A stretch of DNA of 64,000 nt, taken from positions 11,904,001 through 11,968,000 of the forward strand of contig OZ281498.1 in NCBI GenBank assembly GCA_965637545.1, read 5' to 3'. The notes beneath the pieces were generated by a model. The model had not been told where the DNA came from. It saw only the letters and a list, made by a program, of their open reading frames with translations, and did no database searches. The DNA comes from Phallusia mammillata. Its lineage: Eukaryota. How positions within the stretch are numbered: the first letter of the stretch is position 1; every line of letters begins with the position of its first letter. This document shows, in pieces, positions 58,797 through 64,000 of this stretch. The position numbers and the translations under genes are program-made.

Positions 58797-61700
58797 CACG
58801 GGGTGCGAACCCAGGAACCTCCCGGGGACGAATCCCGATCAGGTTTTTTATGTCTGTATATGGGTCAGGCGCGCCAGGCCATTCGGCCAAGTTCCTGCCC
58901 ATGTTTCCGCCTCTTGCTTTATCCTCATGGCATTTTTTTTCTTTCAAACTCTAGCGGATTGGAGGAAAACCACTTAGTTTGGAGCTTACGCCAATCCAAG
59001 ATTTCTGTGACATCGTCAGAGATCAGTACTCCACATCTATTCTGTGACACTTATCAACTTCCTGAAATGCGAAGGCTTTGCCTCGAGACGATTACATACG
59101 ACCAAGGTAAGATTTGTCACAAGTTGAAGAACACTATTTAATCCAATGCTAAATCACAGTTTGAGGTCGTTTTGCGCTAAAAAATGTAAGGACGACTTGA
59201 AGCCATGTGAGGACTCTCATATTGCAACGGTTTTGTTTGCCCAAGCAGCAAACATTCACACATATATGCTATGTCGTGAAACAGACTAAGTTATTTGACG
59301 AGGTAACATTGACCATTTTACAAAAGACTTTAGGTTTGGTCGAGCTTTCCAACACCATATTGAGTTGCCAAACGCCAAGCTTGAATAAGAGATAGTTGGT
59401 ATCAAATGCTCGACTTACTCTGGCATTTCCTTTTCCAAAACTACTTTATTATTGTAATACATGCTGCAGCAAGTCAACGAAATTATTTTCATTCATAGAA
59501 TCACCTTCTGGCATCGGCTCAATGAGACTCAATACCACAATCCGGGCTGGACATAAATCTGTTCGAACATCCGCTTTTCTGGTAAGTTACATTCCAACGC
59601 AAGGTCATATTTATCGTTTTCCACTGACACCAAGCTTTTTTTCTAGAACGATCCGGGACTTTCCCTATTTTGCAAGCGACACGACAACCGATGGTTTTTA
59701 ACTGGACTCTACAGTTGGATAAACTTCAGAAGAAACTTTATGATGCCTAATTACACGTCTATACTGAACAACATGCATAGTAAGAATAGTTTGTTGGACC
59801 TCATTTAAGCATGCGGGTAGCTTGTGATCTTTCCTGGCCACTTTTGCTAAGTACCTAGCAGTTGCAATCTGCTTTCTGTCACAAAACGTTCATACGAGTT
59901 TTTAAGTAAAGTGGCACTTATGACACCTTAAGACCAATACCATGACCTTCTTTAGGTGAAAGTTAGCAAACTTACTGGGAGTATCTTTACACAGTCCTTT
60001 TGCATGCCAACTTTGTTTAATACTAACACCGCAATTTCGCGTCCCTCTTCTCTCCAAAGCTTTGCCTTGCTTCCGATTTTCACTAATCCGTCTTTATCTT
60101 GTGAAGACAGTGGCTTACTGTCTATTAATTCTCCAGTCTGGCCGAATGACGATCCGACTCTGGGCGTTCCGATGGGCACAGACTACTTTCTACAAGTCAC
60201 CCAAAGACATAACGAATGGATCGACAAGTTACTGACCGACGGTAAGCAACAAGAAGTATAACGCAATTGCGGCACTGTGAATGACAAAAAACACGAACCG
60301 ATGACTACATGTGGGTCTCCAATGTTGTATTCTGCAATTATTTTTTTTCTGTCAATTTCTGTGGGTCTTACAACAAAAAAGGGGTCCAGTAAAACAATCA
60401 CAGTACGCCAGGCCCATTGAAGGCGCCATACCGAATCAGCCGGTCACCAAGCATTCACCACTATATGGCAAGGCGTAGGTTAGAAAAATCTAGCCTGCGG
60501 TGGGATTCGAACCCACGACAGGAGTCTTTCCAGTAAAACAAAAATTAATTAAAGCGACCCATGCACTGAAACTATTTTTTTTATCTCGTCCAGTCTTACT
60601 GTTTGCCTGAGCAATATGGACAACTCTGTGAAATAAATAAAACAAAAGTAATCTGGTTTGAGGAGGCAGTTGCCTTGGCAACGGCTTGTTTTGTTTAATT
60701 TTGCGGAGTAAGGCGTTGTTTTGTCAAACGATAGAGCTTTATTGTTATTTAAAGAAGTCACACATCACATCAAGTTGCAAATAATTGTCTTTGATTTTTT
60801 TTAGTGCATTTTGTGCCTGCAAATTGTACCGCGAACAATAATGTTGTTTGTTCCGCAGCATAAAAAAAATACTGCAATATATAAAGGTTGGGAAACATTA
60901 TATTATATATTACTTTACTTTTCTTATTTTTACATTTATCAATTGTATTGCTTTCCATCAGCCTGTCCCGGTCAGTTTTCCTGTTATCCTGTCGAATCAT
61001 TGCATCCGGTCAAATGTATTCCTCATAAATCAATATGTGATGGAAAAGTGGATTGTCCAATGAACAACGCCGATGAAAACAACTGCACTTCTGGTTGTTC
61101 TTACAATCCCACACACGATTCCATCCACCGCTACTATTCTCGCCTTTCTTCATCTGGTGTCGTGCTACCCGAAGGGGCAGGTCTTGTGGATTTGGAAGAT
61201 TATGACGATGCCACGCGTTCCTGGAGAAATGAATCGGTATTTGGTGTTCAAAGGATTCGATTTAATTTGGTCGACTCTCCAGGGCCACCTAGCTGCCGAT
61301 GGGTGATACAACCACCACCTGTGAGTGTTTCCAAAATGTTACCATTATGCTAAAAAATGCTGTTGTAGCTTTGTGCAATTAAACTTAACTAATTACTACA
61401 GGTTATTCTTGTGCATTTTTTGTCGAATGAAATATATACAAGGTATTTTCGATCCTAAATTAAATAGGTTTACCGACACTGTTTCAAACTTGTCACGGAT
61501 TTGATTTCTGTTTTTTTACACTTCTTATAAAACCAAAGTACTTCGATTGCAGGGCAAAATAGCCGTGTTAAGAATTCCAAAGATGAGCGTCAGTCCTGTA
61601 TTAGGGGGTGGCAACATTCAAATCATAAATCAGGAAAAAAGGTTTATTCACGACTACAAAACGGAATCGGCATCTTACTTGTCGTCGCCTGGGAAACCAA

Positions 61701-62700
61701 TTGCTTTTTCACTAACGCCACCTCCCGGTATAAAACAATTGACTGCATTAAGGTAATCTTTTTAAAAGTCATAAAGTATGTTTTTCGGCAATGGATGGAA
61801 AATAAGTTTTGAGTTCGATTTGTAGATCGCGCTATTTTGATTATTTCCTTGATGAAGTTGGAATGTGCACTGGAATGCACAAATGTTCTAATGGAAAATG
61901 CGTGTCGTTACACAAGGTATGCGATGGGGAACTTGACTGTGCTGATATGAGTGATGAACAGGAATGTTCATCTGGTAAGTCTTGGCTAGTCTATAAATAC
62001 TAAACGGTTTTCCTATTCACCTAAAAAAACATGTCTTCGTCATATAAAAATCTTTTTGGTAAAATAATTTAGTTCTCATCATGCGATAATTTAAAAAAAC
62101 ACATTTACTATCGTGCTTCCAACTTGATGTAATATACGGTTGTTGTGCATTTTCATTACATTATCTAACGGTTCCACAGGATGCGGCGGTCCCAGTCTCT
62201 TGGCAAACACGATTCGTGGTTCCATTATGAGCAGAAATTACCCACTACCTCACTATGGATCCGGTGATTGCATGTGGATGATTGTTGGGCAACAGCAGCA
62301 AACTGACACCACAACCGAGGGATCAACTGAATATTCCTTATCTATTGAATTCAGCGAATTCAAAACCTCGCACGACAATGACGTTTTGTACGTATATGAC
62401 GGCGTTGGAAAAGATAGAACTTTGCAAGGTAAATCTTGTTGTAGTTGTTGTTTTTAATTTTACTCAATTTACGTTTTTTTGACTATGTGTTCTGTGCATT
62501 CGAATCTGCTGCTTATTATGTGTAAAGTAAGTCATTATCTATCATCCCCTTTTGCAGACACATATTACGGAGAGCGTGGAGTGTTTAACATCAATGTTCA
62601 AAATGATCGAGCCACGATAATACTTCGCAGCAATGACGACATCGCCATGAGACGAATCAATGCCACATTCTACCTAAACGCAATGGACTCGTCCGTTTAA
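35077..62700 (+). CDS. Giant secreted mosaic serine protease (about 72 exons, about 4,100-4,200 aa) with one active and one inactive trypsin-fold domain
   Basis: ATG 35077 starts a signal peptide ([21 protein letters not shown]). I traced a phase-consistent GT-AG exon chain to TAA at 62698-62700, with a few boundaries approximate (for example near 47901, 57613 and 59963). Domain order from motifs: VWA, about 3 FN3, YWTD repeats, EGF-like, 2 LDLa, MAM, MAM with an insert, degenerate MAM, LDLa, CUB, LDLa, SRCR, protease (IVGG 48422; TAAHC; DIA; GDSGGP), CUB, unknown module, split CUB, CUB, MAM, 2 LDLa, protease homolog, LDLa, CUB, LDLa, CUB. No transmembrane segment was seen. Confidence 0.85.
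35170..36330 (+). other. VWA domain of the mosaic protein (exons 1-4)
   Basis: DLVLLIDG..., [31 protein letters not shown] show the typical VWA strand/helix pattern. The MIDAS DxSxS reads DGNLN. Confidence 0.8.
36594..39146 (+). other. About three FN3 domains of the mosaic protein
   Basis: [19 protein letters not shown]; [19 protein letters not shown]; [10 protein letters not shown]...[17 protein letters not shown]. Confidence 0.75.
39441..42120 (+). other. YWTD (LDLR class B) beta-propeller, EGF-like module and two LDLa repeats
   Basis: [16 protein letters not shown]...VYWSD, PVGLSVD...[25 protein letters not shown]; [12 protein letters not shown]; [13 protein letters not shown] and [16 protein letters not shown]. 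Confidence 0.85.
41404..41567. mobile_element. hAT-type MITE, family A, copy 2 (164 bp)
   Basis: Same TIRs as 13623-13759; perfect TSD TTCTTACC. Confidence 0.92.
43239..43402. mobile_element. hAT/Charlie-type MITE
   Basis: Termini CACGGGTTTCTTAACC / AAAGAACCACTG; TSD CTCTAGTA vs CTCTAGCA (7/8), close to the NTCTAGAN preference of Charlie elements. Confidence 0.75.
44343..44506. mobile_element. hAT-type MITE, family A, copy 3, inserted at a 3' splice site
   Basis: Same TIRs and body as the other family A copies; TSD TTTGGGCC (44335-44342) vs TTTAGGCC (44507-44514); the right copy contains the AG acceptor of the exon starting at 44512. Confidence 0.9.
48422..50405 (+). other. Serine protease domain 1 (S1 family), catalytic triad intact
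   Basis: QCG...PMLK/IVGG activation site, WPWIASL, LCGGTLI, TAAHC (His codon 48674), WDIAILVL (Asp 49145), [11 protein letters not shown]|GDSGGPLVC (Ser 50261), [17 protein letters not shown]. Confidence 0.95.
57560..60241 (+). other. Serine protease homolog domain 2, predicted catalytically dead
   Basis: DCG with no IVGG; [26 protein letters not shown] (His 57998), [15 protein letters not shown] (Asp 58392), SACL. The GDSGGP equivalent reads NDPGLSLFC (Pro at 59653), followed by WFLTGLYSW and [13 protein letters not shown]. Confidence 0.85.
58747..58899 (-). mobile_element. Young tRNA-derived retroposon (SINE or tRNA retrocopy) with a poly(A) tail
   Basis: Perfect 16-bp TSD CATGTTTCCGCCTCTT (58731-58746 and 58900-58915); about 50 T on the + strand; 103-bp head on the minus strand with A-box TGGCCGAATGG and a B-box-like GGTTCGCACCC. 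Confidence 0.9.
60400..60525 (-). mobile_element. Truncated tRNA-related repeat (SINE-like fragment)
   Basis: The minus strand reads GTGGGTTCGAATCCCACCGCAGGC (T-arm with B-box and an acceptor 3' strand) followed by a GC-richer body. There is no matching 5' half of a tRNA. Confidence 0.5.
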
Positions 62701-63521
62701 TACGGAACATATTTTTATTCGTTTATAGTTCATCATTTATTGTCGCACAAAGTGGCACAATGTGCTGTATTTGCATTGCTGTATTTTTGTAAATTTTTAC
62801 GACGTTGTTAGCTTCTCATCAGCTCCGTGCAGCAAGAGCGCACTGGTGCCTTTTCTTGGCAGTTTGATCCTTCAGCGAAATTCTCAAGGCAAGCAAGTCA
62901 TCTGAAATTCAAGCCTCTCGTCGATAAGCTCGTATAGAACACAATACCATACCTATTGCTAGCTGCAAGCTGAAGTGTTTTGATGATTTATAAACGCTTT
63001 ACGCTTACACTCAGTGCAAGTCAAATCCGAGTTGTTCCTTTTTCCTTATTGTTTGAATGCATTAGCTTCAGTCAAATAACAGGGAAGTTTCGAAAGTATA
63101 CAGTGAAACTAGTATGACGGTTAGGTATTAAACGCATTAATTTTGTTTGGTCTCAAAGTCACTACTTTAGAAATCGAACTGAGGTTGTTTGTGTCAGTCA
63201 CAACTTCGCTTTCACAAGGGGGCGTAAAGAGCTGAATTTTTATTTAGTGGCTATAAATGGGTTGGGTTGGGAAATATTTACATAAAATTTTTACATTAGT
63301 AACTCATTTTTTGGGTTAGTTTTATTGAATTTTAAGTGCTAATACCTTACCCCGACCCTAATAGCCCTAATCGTAAGCATTTTGGGAGATATAACCAATC
63401 AAATTCGGATTGTGTTTCTCGTTATGGTGTTAGTAGCTCTACGCGCGACCCCCACCAGGATGTGTTTGTACATTTACTAACAAACGTTGCACAGAAAACC
63501 CCTTAAAATTTTGGTTATGGC

Positions 63522-63669
63522 CAGTGGTGGGATTTAATTTTTTTGTTAGTTGGTTCGATCACAAAAGTCCATTGACAGTAACAAGTAATGCTATCCGGTT
63601 TGCTGATCTCATAAAATTTGGTGAGACGGTTCTACACAACCGGTGAAAACCGGCTGAATCCCACCACTG
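63522..63669. mobile_element. hAT-type MITE, family B, copy 2 (148 bp)
   Basis: TIR CAGTGGTGGGATT / AATCCCACCACTG; perfect TSD GTTATGGC; near-identical core GCTGATCTCATAAAATTT..GTGAGACGGTTC shared with 33217-33403. Confidence 0.9.
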
Positions 63670-64000
63670 GTTATGGCTCATGTCACCATAAATCTTTACA
63701 TTATTTCATGTCAAACACGCCAAAAAACACAATCATACAGAAGTACATATTTGGGAATACTGTTGTGACAATTCTAAATCAAACTGTCGTGTCAGTTACT
63801 ATGCTAAACAGAAGTCACGGGGAAAGTTATGATGATACGGATAACATCATCCCGAGTTGGGTTGCGTCTAGTGGAAACAACTTTTATGCCTAGTTTTTGC
63901 ACTAACACTCGCTAAAAGGCTTTTACTTGACACCAAATAAAAGTATAAAGCACAAAAAGTTACGTTTTAAGTAGTTTCTTATTGCCAAAAACAAAGCAGC

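Noticed and set aside
58797-58899. Functional tRNA gene
   Set aside because: The 3' acceptor strand is missing, the T-loop is mutated, and the poly(A) tail and TSD mark it as a retroposed copy.
58614-59141. Poly-Phe and poly-Lys ORFs, and the 305-aa ORF as a single exon
   Set aside because: They are translations of the retroposon poly(A/T) tail inside the intron 58718-58954.
63255-63375. GGGTTGGGTTGGG and CCCTAA-like motifs as telomeric repeat or G-quadruplex
   Set aside because: Only three G-tracts and no tandem TTAGGG array.
63618-63893. 91-aa ORF near the window end
   Set aside because: It begins inside a MITE and has no recognisable product.
1-64000. CRISPR arrays, rRNA, snoRNA or SL-RNA genes, prokaryotic operons, autonomous transposase or reverse transcriptase
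   Set aside because: No regularly spaced direct repeats and no rRNA-like or RT/transposase motifs were seen. Isolated C-box-like ATGATGA (for example near 17839) lacks a matching D box and stem. The window is spliceosomal-intron-rich eukaryotic DNA.

Overview
AT-rich, intron-dense eukaryotic DNA from an invertebrate animal. The compact GT-AG introns, a single B-Raf-like gene and the mosaic protease style suggest a tunicate/ascidian, but that is inference. Three multi-exon genes, reconstructed by hand with phase-consistent splice sites, account for most of the window. (1) Minus strand, 14772 to beyond position 1: a C2H2 zinc-finger protein of about 1,980 aa or more, with six fingers and a cluster of PxDLS-like motifs. 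(2) Plus strand, 20578-32010: a 19-exon Raf kinase of about 760-800 aa whose catalytic-loop intron has textbook U12 (minor spliceosome) signals. (3) Plus strand, 35077-62700: a secreted mosaic protein of about 72 exons and 4,100-4,200 aa, ordered SP-VWA-FN3x3-YWTD propeller-EGF-LDLa-MAM-MAM(with a nested TARSH/FNDC1-C-like domain)-MAM-LDLa-CUB-LDLa-SRCR-active serine protease-CUB-unknown W-rich module-split CUB-CUB-MAM-LDLa-dead protease homolog-LDLa-CUB-LDLa-CUB. This third gene is the best candidate for an undescribed system. Introns and intergenic DNA carry at least 10 non-autonomous hAT-type MITEs with 8-bp TSDs, a young tRNA-derived poly(A) retroposon with a 16-bp TSD, and a perfect 114-bp inverted repeat. 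No CRISPR array, rRNA or intact tRNA was seen. Exon boundaries were read by eye and a few are approximate; no database searches were run.
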